NCBI RefSeq assembly: GCF_009914755.1
Contig: NC_060948.1
Source of the DNA: the human T2T-CHM13v2.0 reference genome, Homo sapiens
Length of the DNA: 64,000 nucleotides
Reading direction: 5' to 3' (one strand)
The position numbers and the translations under genes are program-made. This document shows, piece by piece, positions 27,693 to 41,490 of the stretch. The notes below the pieces were generated by a model. That model searched no databases. It was not told the DNA's origin and saw only the letters and a list, made by a program, of their open reading frames with translations. Position 1 is the first letter of the stretch; every line of letters starts with the position of its first letter.

Positions 27693-30600
27693 GGCCTGGA
27701 ATAAAGTGGAATGCTACGGTCTCGAATGGAATAAAAATGTATGGAATGGAATGCAATGAAACGGAATCGAATGTCATAGAATGTAATGGAATGCAAAAAA
27801 ATGGAATCCAAAATCATTGACTGGAAAGGCTGGGTGTCGAAAGGAATTGACTCCAATGGAATGGAATCGAATGGAATGGAAGTGAATAGAATCGAACTAA
27901 ATCGAATGGAATGGAATTGATAGGAACGGAATGGAAAGGAATGCAATGATTTGGCATGGAATGGAATCGAATGGCATCTAATGGAATGGAATGGAATGCA
28001 ATGGAATGCAATGTATTAGAATGTAATGAACTTTAATGGAATGTACTCGAATGGATTCGACTGGAATGGAATGTTCTGGAAGTGAATGGACTCCAATGGA
28101 ATGGATTCAAAAGGAATGGAATCGTACGGAATGGAATCTAATGGAATGGAATTAAATGGAAATGAATCAAATGGAATAGCACGGAATTGAATTGAATAGA
28201 ATGGAATGCAATGGAATCTAATGAAACGGAAAGGAAAGGAATGGAATGGAATGGAATGGGCTGGAATGGAAAGGAATCGAAACGAATGGAATGGAATCGA
28301 ACTGAAGAGACTGGAATGGAATGCACTGGAATGGAAGGGATTGTAATGGAAGGTTCTCGAAAAAAATGGAATCGAATGGAATGGAATTGAATGGAACGGA
28401 ATAGAGTCGAATGGAATTGAATGGAATGGAATGGACTAGAGTGAAATGGAATCGAACCACAAGGAATGGACAGGAATAGAATGGTCTCGAATTGAATGGA
28501 ATCGTATGGAATGGCATCAAACGGAATGGAATGGACAGCCACGGAATGGAATGCACTCGAATGCAACGGAGTCGAAACTAACGGACTGGAATAGAATGGA
28601 CTCGACTGGTACGGACTCCGATGGAATGGAATCGAATGGAAGGGAATCGAACGGAAGGGAACCGAACGGAATGGACTAGAAGGGAAAAGACTGCAATGGA
28701 AAGGTCTCGAATGGAATGGAAATTAATGGAATGGAATGGAATCGAATGAAATGGAGACAAAAGGAATGGAATCGAATAGCAAGAAATCGAATGTAATGGA
28801 ATCGCAAGGAATTGATGTGAACGGAACGGAATGGAATGGAATCCAAAGGAATGGAATAGAATGGAATGGAATCGAATGGAAAGGACTCGAATGGAAATCA
28901 CTCGAATAGAATGCAATTTAATAAAATAGGATCAAATGTAATAGAATGGAATGGAAAGGAATCGAAACGGAAGGAATGGAGACAGATGGAATGGAATGGA
29001 ACAGAGAGCAATGGTATAGAATGGAATGGAATCATCTGGAATGGAATTGAATGGAATGGAATAATATGAAATGGAATGGAATGGAATGGAATGGAATGCC
29101 CTTGAATTAAATGGACTGGACTCGAACAGAGTGGAATGGAAAGCGTTGAGATAGAATGGAATGGACTCCTTTGGAATGGTCTAGTATGCAATGCAATCGA
29201 CTGGCAGGGAATCAAAAGGAATGTAATCGAATGGATTGGACTGGAATGCAATGGACTCGAATAGATTGGAAACGGAATGCAAAGGAATGGAATGGAATAG
29301 TATGGAATGCAATGGAAGGGAATGGAGTGGAATAGACTAGAGTGGAATGGAATGGACTGGAAAGCAATGGACAGGAATGGAACTTTCTTGGATGGACTGG
29401 AATCAAACGGAATGGAATGCAATGCAATCAAATGGCATGGAATAAAATAGAATGAAAGAGAATCAAATGGAATTGAATCGAATGGAATCGAATGGATTGG
29501 AAAGGAATAGAATGGAATGGAATGGAATTGACTCAAATGGAATGGACTAGAATGGAATGGATTCGAATGGAAGGCAAAGAATGGAATCTATTGGAATGGA
29601 CTGTAATGGAATGGAATGGAAGGGATTGAAATGGACTGGAATGGAATGGACTGCAATAGAAAGGATTCGAATGGAATGAAAAAGAATTGAATGGAATAGA
29701 ACAGAATGGAATGAAATCGAATGAAATGGAATGGAATAGAAAGGAATGGAATGAAATGGAATGGAAAGGATTCGAATGGAATGCAATCGAATGGAATGGA
29801 ATCGAACGGAATGGAATAAAATGGAAGAAAACTGGCAAGAAATGGAATCGAAATGAATGGAGTGTTATGGAACGGACTCAAAAGGAATTGAATGTAATAG
29901 AATGGAGTGGAGTGGACTCGAATATAATGGACTGGAATGGAATGAAATCACATGGAATGGGAACGAATGGAATGGAATGGAAAGGAATGGAATCGAATGG
30001 AAAGGAATCGAATGGAAGGGAATGAAACTGAATCAACAGGAATGGAAGGGAATAGAATAGACGGTGATGGAATGGACTCGAATAGAATGGACACGAATGC
30101 TCAAATTGAATGGACTCGAATGGAATGGAAACGAAAGGAATGTCATCGAATGGAATTGAATCGATTGGAATGAAATCGCATAGAATGGAGTGGAATCAAA
30201 TGGAATTGAATCGAAAGGAAAGGAAGCGAATGGACTGAAATGAAATGGAATGGAATTGAATGGAAAGTAATGCAATGGAATAGAATGGAACGAAATTTCA
30301 CGGAATGGAATCAAACTGAATGGAATCAAATCAATGGAATCAAATCAAATGGAATGGAAAGGAATTGAATGGAGTAGATGGGATTGGATGGGATTGGAAT
30401 GAAATGTACTGGAAAGGACTCGAATTTCATGAAACGGAATGGAATGAATTGGAACGGAATGGACTCGAATGGAATGGAATGTCATGGAATGGCATCAAAT
30501 GGAATGGCATCAAATGGAATGGAATCGAATGCAATGGAATGCTATGGAATGGAATGGAATGCATTGGAATGGAATGTCCTCTAATGGAATGGATTCGAGT

Positions 30601-31230
30601 GGAATGGAATAGAATATAATGGAGTCGAATGAAATGGAATTGAAAGGAATGGGATCGAATATAATGGAATATACTGGAATGTAACGTAATGAACTCGAAT
30701 GTAATTGACTGGAATGGAATGTACATGAATGGAATGTAATCGAATGGAAAGTAATCCAATGGAATAGAATCTAATGCAATAAAATCGACTCAGATAGAGT
30801 AGAATGTAATGGAATGGAGTGCAGTGCAATGGAATGGAATGGAATGGAATGCAATGGAATGGAATGGGATGGAATGGAATGGAATGGATAGTAATGGACT
30901 GGAGTGAAATGGACTGGAAAGGAATGGACTCAACTTGAAAGGGCTCGAAAGGAATGGAGACAAATGGAATGGTCTGGAATGGAATGAACACGAATGTAAT
31001 GCAATCCAATAGAATGGAGTCGAATGGCATGGAATATAAAGAAATGGAATCGAAGAGAATGGAAACAAATGGAATGGAATTGAATGGAATGGAATTGAAT
31101 GGAATGGGAACGAATGGAGTGAAATTGTATGCAGTAGAAGAGAATAGAATGGAATGCAAGCGAAAGGAAAGGAATGGATTGGAATGGAATGGAATTCATT
31201 GGAATGGAAGGGAATGTAGTGTAATGGACA
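27693..31230 (+). repeat. DYZ1 unit, 3538 bp
   Basis: GGCC 27693 to 31231. Confidence 0.9.
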
Positions 31231-34200
31231 GGCCTGGAATAAAGTGGAATGCTACGGTCTCGAATGGAATAAAAATGTATGGAATGGAATGCAATGAAAC
31301 GGAATCGAATGTCATAGAATGTAATGGAATGCAAAAAAATGGAATCCAAAATCATTGACTGGAAAGGCTGGGTGTCGAAAGGAATTGACTCCAATGGAAT
31401 GGAATCGAATGGAATGGAAGTGAATAGAATCGAACTAAATCGAATGGAATGGAATTGATAGGAACGGAATGGAAAGGAATGCAATGATTTGGCATGGAAT
31501 GGAATCGAATGGCATCGAATGGAATGGAATGGAATGCAATGGAATGGAATGTATTAGAATGTAATGAACTTTAATGGAATGTACTCGAATGGATTCGACT
31601 GGAATGGAATGTTCTGGAAGTGAATGGACTCCAATGGAATGGATTCAAAAGGAATGGAATCGTACGGAATGGAATCTAATGGAATGGAATTAAATGGAAA
31701 TGAATCAAATTGAATAGCACGGAATTGAATTGAATGGAATGGAATGCAATGGAATCTAATGAAACGGAAAGGAAAGGAATGGAATGGAATAGAATGGGCT
31801 GGAATGGAAAGGAATCGAAACGAATGGAATGGAATCGAACTGAAGAGACTGGAATGGAATGCACTGGAATGGAAGGGAGTGTAATGGAAGGTTCTCGAAA
31901 AAAATGGAATCGAATGGAATGGAATTGAATGGAACGGAATAGAGTCGAATGGAATTGAATTGAATGGAATGGACTAGAGTGAAATGGAATCGAACCACAT
32001 GGAATGGACAGGAATAGAATGGTCTCGAATTGAATGGAATCGTATGGAATGGCATCAAACGGAATGGAATGGACAGCCACGGAATGGAATGCACTCGAAT
32101 GCAATGGAGTCGAAACTAATGGACTGGAATAGAATGGACTCGACTGGTACGGACTCCAATGGAATGGAATCGAATGGAAGGGAATCGAACGGAATGGACT
32201 CGAAGAGAAAAGACTGCAATGGAAAGGTTTCGAATGGAATGGAAATTAATGGAATGGAATGGAATCGAATGAAATGGAGTCAAAAGGAATGGAATCGAAT
32301 GGCGAGAAATCGAATGTAATGGAATCGCAAGGAATTGATGTGAACGGAACGGAATGGAATGGAATCCAAAGGAATGGAATAGAATGGAATGGAATCGAAT
32401 GGAAAGGACTCGAATGGAAATCACTCGAATAGAATGCAATTTAATAAAATAGGATCAAATGTAATGGAATGGAATGGAAAGGAATCGAAACGAAAGGAAT
32501 GGAGACAGATGGAATGGAATGGAACAGAGAGCAATGGTATAGAATGGAATGGAATCATCTGGAATGGAATTGAATGGAATGGAATAATATGAAATGGAAT
32601 GGAATGGAATGGAATGGAATGCCCTTGAATTAAATGGACTGGACTCGAACAGAGTGGAATGGAAAGTGTTGAGATAGAATGGAATGGACTCCTTTGGAAT
32701 GGTCTAGTATGCAATGCAATCGACTGGCAGGGAATCAAAAGGAATGTAATGGAATGGATTGGACTGGAATGCAATGGACTCGAATAGATTGGAAACGGAA
32801 TGCAAAGGAATGGAATGGAATAGTATGGAATGGAAAGAAATGGAATGGAAAGGATTCGAATGGAATGCAATCGAATGGAATGGAATCGAACGGAATGGAA
32901 TAAAATGGAAGAAAACTGGCAAGAAATGGAATCGAAATGAATGGAGTGTTATGGAAGGGACTCAAAAGGAATTGAATGTAATAGAATGGAGTGGAGTGGA
33001 CTCGAATATAATGGACTGGAATGGAATGAAATCACATGGAATGGGAACGAATGGAATGGAATGGAAAGGAATGGAATCGAATGGAAAGGAATCGAATGGA
33101 AGGGAATGAAATTGAATCAACAGGAATGGAAGGGAATAGAATAGACTGTAATGGAATGGACTCGAATAGAATGGACACGAATGCTCAAATTAAATGGACT
33201 CGAATGGAATGGAAACGAAAGGAATGTCATCGAATGGAATTGAATCGATTGGAATGAAATCGCATAGAATGGAGTGGAATCAAATGGAATTGAATCGAAA
33301 GGAAAGGAAGCGAATGGACTGAAATGAAATGGAATGGAATTGAATGGAAAGTAATGCAATGGAATAGAATGGAACGAAATTTCACGGAATGGAATCAAAC
33401 TGAATGGAATCAAATCAATGGAATCAAATCAAATGGAATGGAAAGGAATTGAATGGAGTAGATTGGATTGGATGGGATTGCAATGAAATGTACTGGAAAG
33501 GACTCGAATTTCATGAAACGGAATGGAATGAATTGGAACGGAATGGACTCGAATGGAATGGAATGTCATGGAATGGCATCAAATGGAATGGCATCAAATG
33601 GAATGGAATCAAATGCAATGGAATGCTATGGAATGGAATGGAATGCATTGGAATGGAATGTCCTCTAATGGAATGGATTCGAGTGTAATGGAATTGAATA
33701 TAATGGAGTCGAATGAAATGGAATTGAAAGGAATGGGATCGAATACAATGGAATATACTGGAATGTAACGTAATGAAATCGAATGTAATTGACTGGAATG
33801 GAATGTACATGAATGGAATGTAATCGAATGGAAAGTAATCCAATGGAAGAGAATCTAATGCAATAAAATCGACTCAGATAGAGTAGAATGTAATGGAATG
33901 GAGTGCAGTGCAATGGAATGGAATGGAATGGAATGCAATGGAATGGAATGGAATGGAATGGAATGGAATGGAATGGAATGGGATGGAATTGTATGGAATG
34001 GATAGTAATGGACTGGAGTGAAATGGACTGGAAAGGAATGGACTCAAATTGAAAGGGCTCGAAAGGAATGGAGTCAAATGGAATGGTCTGGAATGGAATG
34101 AACACGAATGTAAAGCAATCCAATAGAATGGAATCGAATGGCATGGAATATAAAGAAATGGAATCGAAGAGAATGGAAACAAATAGAATGGAATTGAATG

Positions 34201-34344
34201 GAATGGAATTGAATGGAATGGGAACGAATGGAGTGAAATTGTATGCAGTAGGAGAGAATAGAATGGAATGCAAGGGAAAGGAAAGGAATGGATTGGAATG
34301 GAATGGAATTCATTGGAATGGAAGGGAATGTAGTGTAATGGACA
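31231..34344 (+). repeat. Truncated DYZ1 unit, 3114 bp (440-bp internal deletion plus 10-bp deletion)
   Basis: GGCC 31231 to 34345; deletion junction near 32836. Confidence 0.9.
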
Positions 34345-37300
34345 GGCCTGGAATAAAGTGGAATGCTACGGTCTCGAATGGAATAAAAATGTATGGAATG
34401 GAATGCAATGAAACGGAATCGAATGTCATAGAATGTAATGGAATGCAAAAAAATGGAATCCAAAATCATTGACTGGAAAGGCTGGGTGTCGAAAGGAATT
34501 GACTCCAATGGAATGGAATCGAATGGAATGGAAGTGAATAGAATCGAACTAAATCGAATGGAATGGAATTGATAGGAACGGAATGGAAAGGAATGCAATG
34601 ATTTGGCATGGAATGGAATCGAATGGCATCGAATGGAATGGAATGGAATGCAATGGAATGGAATATATTAGAATGTAATGAACTTTAATGGAATGTACTC
34701 GAATGGATTCGACTGGAATGGAATGTTCTGGAAGTGAATGGACTCCAATGGAATGGATTCAAAAGGAATGGAATCGTACGGAATGGAATCTAATGGAATG
34801 CAATTAAATGGAAATGAATCAAATTGAATAGCACGGAATTGAATTGAATGAAATCGAATGCAATGGAATCTAATGAAACGGAAAGGAAAGGAATGGAATG
34901 GAATGGAATGGGCTGGAATGGAAAGGAATCGAAACGAATGGAATGGAATCGAACTGAAGAGACTGGAATGGAATGCACTGGAATGGAAGGGAGTGTAATG
35001 GAAGGTTCTCGAAAAAAATGGAATCGAATGGAATGGAATTGAATGGAACGGAATAGAGTCGAATGGAATTGAATGGAATGGAATGGACTAGAGTGAAATG
35101 GAATCGAACCACAAGGAATGGACAGGAATAGAATGGTCTCGAATTGAATGGAATCGTATGGAATGGCATCAAACGGAATGGAATGGACAGCCACGGAATG
35201 GAATGCACTCGAATGCAATGGAGTCGAAACTAATGGACTGGAATAGAATGGACTCGACTGGTACGGACTCCAATGGAATGGAATCGAATGGAAGGGAATC
35301 GAACGGAATGGACTCGAAGGGAAAAGACTGCAATGGAAAGGTCTCGAATGGAATGGAAATTAATGGAATGGAATGGAATCGAATGAAATGGAGTCAAAAG
35401 GAATGGAATCGAATGGCAAGAAATCGAATGTAATGGAATCGCAAGGAATTGATGTGAACGGAACGGAATGGAATGGAATCCAAAGGAATGGAATAGAATG
35501 GAATGGAATCGAATGGAAAGGACTCGAATGGAAATCACTCGAATAGAATGCAATTTAATAAAATAGGATCAAATGGAATGGAATGGAATGGAAAGGAATC
35601 GAAACGAAAGGAATGGAGACAGATGGAATGGAATGGAACAGAGAGCAATGGTATAGAATGGAATGGAATCATCTGGAATGGAATTGAATGGAATGGAATA
35701 ATATGAAATGGAATGGAATGGAATGGAATGGAATGCCCTTGAATTAAATGGACTGGAATGGAATGGACTCGAACAGAGTGGAATGGAAAGTGTTGAGATA
35801 GAATGGAATGGACTCCTTTGGAATGGTGTAGTATGCAATGCAATCGACTGGCAGGGAATCAAAAGGAATGTAATCGAATGGATTGGACTGGAATGCAATG
35901 GACTCGAATAGATTGGAAACGGAATGCAAAGGAATGGAATGGAATAGTATGGAATGGAATGGAAAGGAATGGAGTGGAATAGACTAGAGTGGAATGGAAT
36001 GGACTGGAAAGCAATGGACTGGAATGGAACTTTCTTGAATGGACTGGAATCAAACGGAATGGAATGCAATGCAATCAAATGGCATGGAATAAAATAGAAT
36101 GAAAGAGAATCAAATGGAATTGAATCGAATGGAATCGAATGGATTGGAAAGGAATAGAATGGAATGGAATGGAATTGACTCAAATGGAATGGACTAGAAT
36201 GGAATGGATTCGAATGGAAGGCAAAGGAATGGAATCTATTGGAATGGACTGTAATGGAATGGAATGGAAGGGATTGGAATGGACTCGAATGGAATGGACT
36301 GCAATAGAAAGGATTCGAATGGAATGAAAAAGAATTGAATGGAATAGAACAGAATGGAATCAAATCGAATGAAATGGAATGGAATAGAAAGGAATGGAAT
36401 GAAATGGAATGGAAAGGATTCGAATGGAATGCAATCGAATGGAATGGAATCGAACGGAATGGAATAAAATGGAAGAAAACTGGCAAGAAATGGAATCGAA
36501 ATGAATGGAGTGTTATGGAACGGACTCAAAAGGAATTGAATGTAATAGAATGGAGTGGAGTGGACTCGAATATAATGGACTGGAATGGAATGAAATCACA
36601 TGGAATGGGAACGAATGGAATGGAATGGAAAGGAATGGAATCGAATGGAAAGGAATCGAATGGAAGGGAATGAAATTGAATCAACAGGAATGGAAGGGAA
36701 TAGAATAGACGGTAATGGAATGGACTCGAATAGAATGGACACGAATGCTCAAATTGAATGGACTCGAATGGAATGGAAACGAAAGGAATGTCATCGAATG
36801 GAATTGAATCGATTGGAATGAAATCGCATAGAATGGAGTGGAATCAAATGGAATTGAATCGAAAGGAAAGGAAGCGAATGGACTGAAATGAAATGGAATG
36901 GAATTGAATGGAAAGTAATGCAATGGAATAGAATGGAACGAAATTTCACGGAATGGAATCAAACTGAATGGAATCAAATCAATGGAATCAAATCAAATGG
37001 AATGGAAAGGAATTGAATGGAGTAGATTGGATTGGATGGGATTGGAATGAAATGTACTGGAAAGCACTCGAATTCCATGAAACGGAATGGAATGAATTGG
37101 AACGGAATGGACTCGAATGGAATGGAATGTCATGGAATGGCATCAAATGGAATGGCATCAAATGGAATGGAATCGAATGCAATGGAATGCTATGGAATGG
37201 AATGGAATGCATTGGAATGGAATGTCCTCTAATGGAATGGATTCGAGTGGAATGGAATCGAATATAATGGAGTCGAATGAAATGGAATTGAAAGGAATGG

Positions 37301-37928
37301 GATCGAATACAATGGAATATACTGGAATGTAATGTAATGAACTCGAATATAATTGACTGGAATGGAATGTACATGAATGGAATGTAATCGAATGGAAAGT
37401 AATCCAATGGAATAGAATCTAATGCAATAAAATCGACTCAGATAGAGTAGAATGTAATGGAATGGAGTGCAGTTCAATGGAGTGGAATGGAATGGAATGC
37501 AATGGAATGGAATGCAATGGAATGGAATGGAATGGAATGGAATGGAATGGAATGGGATGGAATGGGATGGAATGGTATGGAATGGATAGTAATGGACTGG
37601 AGTGAAATGGACTGGAAAGGAATGGACTCAAATTGAAAGGGCTCGAAAGGAATGGAGTCAAATGGAATGATCTGGAATGGAATGAACACGAATGTAATGC
37701 AATCCAATAGAATGGAATCGAATGGCATGGAATATAAAGAAATGGAATCGAAGAGAATGGAAACAAATGGAATGGAATTGAATGGAATGGAATTGAATGG
37801 AATGGGAACGAATGGAGTGAAATTGTATGCAGTAGAAGGGAATAGAATGGAATGCAAGCGAAAGGAAAGGAATGGATTGGAATGGAATGGAATTCATTGG
37901 AATGGAAGGGAATGTAGTGTAATGGACA
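34345..37928 (+). repeat. DYZ1 unit, 3584 bp
   Basis: GGCC 34345 to 37929; expanded tract 37500-37570; extra EcoRI site 37070-37075. Confidence 0.9.
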
Positions 37929-40900
37929 GGCCTGGAATAAAGTGGAATGCTACGGTCTCGAATGGAATAAAAATGTATGGAATGGAATGCAATGAAACGG
38001 AATCGAATGTCATAGAATGTAATGGAATGCAAAAAAATGGAATCCAAAATCATTGACTGGAAAGGCTGGGTGTCGAAAGGAATTGACTCCAATGGAATGG
38101 AATCGAATGGAATGGAAGTGAACAGAATCGAACTAAATCGAATGGAATGGAATTGATAGGAACTGAATGGAAAGGAATGCAATGATTTGGCATGGAATGG
38201 AATCGAATGGCATCGAATGGAATGGAATGGAATGCAATGGAATGGAATGTATTAGAATGTAATGAACTTTAATGGAATGTACTCGAATGGATTCGACTGG
38301 AATGGAATGTTCTGGAAGTGAATGGACTCCAATGGAATGGATTCAAAAGGAATGGAATCGTACGGAATGGAATCTAATGGAATGGAATTAAATGGAAATG
38401 AATCAAATTGAATAGCACGGAATTGAATTGAATGGAATGGCATGCAATGGAATCTAATGAAACGGAAAGGAAAGGAATGGAATGGAATGGAATGGGCTGG
38501 AATGGAAAGGAATCGAAACGAATGGAATGGAATCGAACTGAAGAGACTGGAATGGAATGCACTGGAATGGAAGGGAGTGTAATGGAAGGTTCTCGAAACA
38601 AATGGAATCGAATGGAATGGAATTGAATGGAACGGAATAGAGTCGAATGGAATTGAATGGAATGGAATGGACTAGAGTGAAATGGAATCGAACCACAAGG
38701 AATGGACAGGAATAGAATGGTCTCGAATTGAATGGAATCGTATGGAATGGCATCAAACGGAATGGAATGGACAGCCACGGAATGGAATGCACTCGAATGC
38801 AATGGAGTCGAAACTAATGGACTGGAATAGAATGGACTCGACTGGTACGGACTCCAATGGAATGGAATCGAATGGAAGGGAATCGAACGGAATGGACTCG
38901 AAGGGAAAAGACTGCAATGGAAAGGTCTCGAATGGAATGGAAATTAATGGAATGGAATGGAATCGAATGAAATGGAGTCAAAAGGAATGGAATCGAATGG
39001 CAAGAAATCGAATGTAATGGAATCGCAAGGAATTGATGTGAACGGAACGGAATGGAATGGAATCCAAAGGAATGGAATAGAATGGAATGGAATCGAATGG
39101 AAAGGACTCGAATGGAAATCACTCGAATAGAATGCAATTTAATAAAATAGGATCAAATGTAATGGAATGGAATGGAAAGGAATCGAAACGAAAGGAATGG
39201 AGACAGATGGAATGGAATGGAACAGAGAGCAATGGTATAGAATGGAATGGAATCATCTGGAATGGAATTGAATGGAATGGAATAATATGAAATGGAATGG
39301 AATGGAATGGAATGGAATGCCCTTGAATTAAATGGACTGGAATGGAATGGACTCGAACAGAGTGGAATGGAAAGTGTTGAGATAGAATGGAATGGACTCC
39401 TTTGGAATGGTGTAGTATGCAATGCAATCGACTGGCAGGGAATCAAAAGGAATGTAATCGAATGGATTGGACTGGAATGCAATGGACTCGAATAGATTGG
39501 AAACGGAATGCAAAGGAATGGAATGGAATAGTATGGAATGGAATGGAAAGGAATGGAGTGGAATAGACTAGAGTGGAATGGAATGGACTCGAAAGCAATG
39601 GACTGGAATGGAACTTTCCTGAATGGACTGGAATCAAACGGAATGGAATGCAATGCAATCAAATGGCATGGAATAAAATAGAATGAAAGAGAATCAAATG
39701 GAATTGAATCGAATGGAATCGAATGGATTGGAAAGGAATAGAATGGAATGGAATGGAATTGACTCAAATGGAATGGACTAGAATGGAATGGATTCGAATG
39801 GAAGGCAAAGGAATGGAATCTTGGAATGGACTGTAATGGAATGGAATGGAAGGGATTGGAATGGACTCGAATGGAATGGACTGCAATAGAAAGGATTCGA
39901 ATGGAATGAAAAAGAATTGAATGGAATAGAACAGAATGGAATCAAATCGAATGAAATGGAATGGAATAGAAAGGAATGGAATGAAATGGAATGGAAAGGA
40001 TTCGAATGGAATGCAATCGAATGGAATGGAATCGAACGGAATGGAATAAAATGGAAGAAAACTGGCAAGAAATGGAATCGAAATGAATAGAGTGTTATGG
40101 AACGGACTCAAAAGGAATTGAATGTAATAGAATGGAGTGGAGTGGACTCGAATATAATGGACTGGAATGGAATGAAATCACATGGAATGGGAACGAATGG
40201 AATGGAATGGAAAGGAATGGAATCGAATGGAAAGGAATCGAATGGAAGGGAATGAAATTGAATCAACAGGAATGGAAGGGAATAGAATAGACGGTAATGG
40301 AATGGACTCGAATAGAATGGACACGAATGCTCAAATTGAATGGACTCGAATGGAATGGAAACGAAAGGAATGTCATCGAATGGAATTGAATCGATTGGAA
40401 TGAAATCGCATAGAATGGAGTGGAATCAAATGGAATTGAATCGAAAGGAAAGGAAGCGAATGGACTGAAATGAAATGGAATGGAATTGAATGGAAAGTAA
40501 TGCAATGGAATAGAATGGAACGAAATTTCACGGAATGGAATCAAACTGAATGGAATCAAATCAATGGAATCAAATCAAATGGAATGGAAAGGAATTGAAT
40601 GGAGTAGATTGGATTGGATGGGATTGGAATGAAATGTACTGGAAAGGACTCGAATTTCATGAAACGGAATGGAATGAATTGGAACGGAATGGACTCGAAT
40701 GGAATGGAATGTCATGGAATGGCATCAAATGGAATGGCATCAAATGGAATGGAATCGAATGCAATGGAATGCTATGGAATGGAATGGAATGCATTGGAAT
40801 GGAATGTCCTCTAATGGAATGGATTCGAGTGGAATGGAATAGAATATAATGGAGTCGAATGAAATGGAATTGAAAGGAATGGGATCGAATACAATGGAAT

Positions 40901-41490
40901 ATACTGGAATGTAATGTAATGAACTCGAATGTAATTGACTGGAATGGAATGTACATGAATGGAATGTAATCGAATGGAAAGTAATCCAATGGAATAGAAT
41001 CTAATGCAATAAAATCGACTCAGATAGAGTAGAATGTAATGGAATGGAGTGCAGTGCAATGGAATGGAATGGAATGGAATGCAATGGAATGGAATGGAAT
41101 GGAATGGAATGGAATGGAATGGAATGGGATGGAATGGAATGGAATGGATAGTAATGGACTGGAGTGAAATGGACTGGAAAGGAATGGACTCAAATTGAAA
41201 GGGCTCGAAAGGAATGGAGTCAAATGGAATGGTCTGGAATGGAATGAACACGAATGTAATGCAATCCAATAGAATGGAATCGAATGGCATGGAATATATA
41301 GAAATGGAATCGAAGAGAATGGAAACAAATGGAATGGAATTGAATGGAATGGAATTGAATGGAATGGGAACGAATGGAGTGAAATTGTATGCAGTAGAAG
41401 GGAATAGAATGGAATGCAAGCGAAAGGAAAGGAATGGATTGGAATGGAATGGAATTCATTGGAATGGAAGGGAATGTAGTGTAATGGACA
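37929..41490 (+). repeat. DYZ1 unit, 3562 bp
   Basis: GGCC 37929 to 41491; 2-bp deletion near 39820. Confidence 0.9.
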
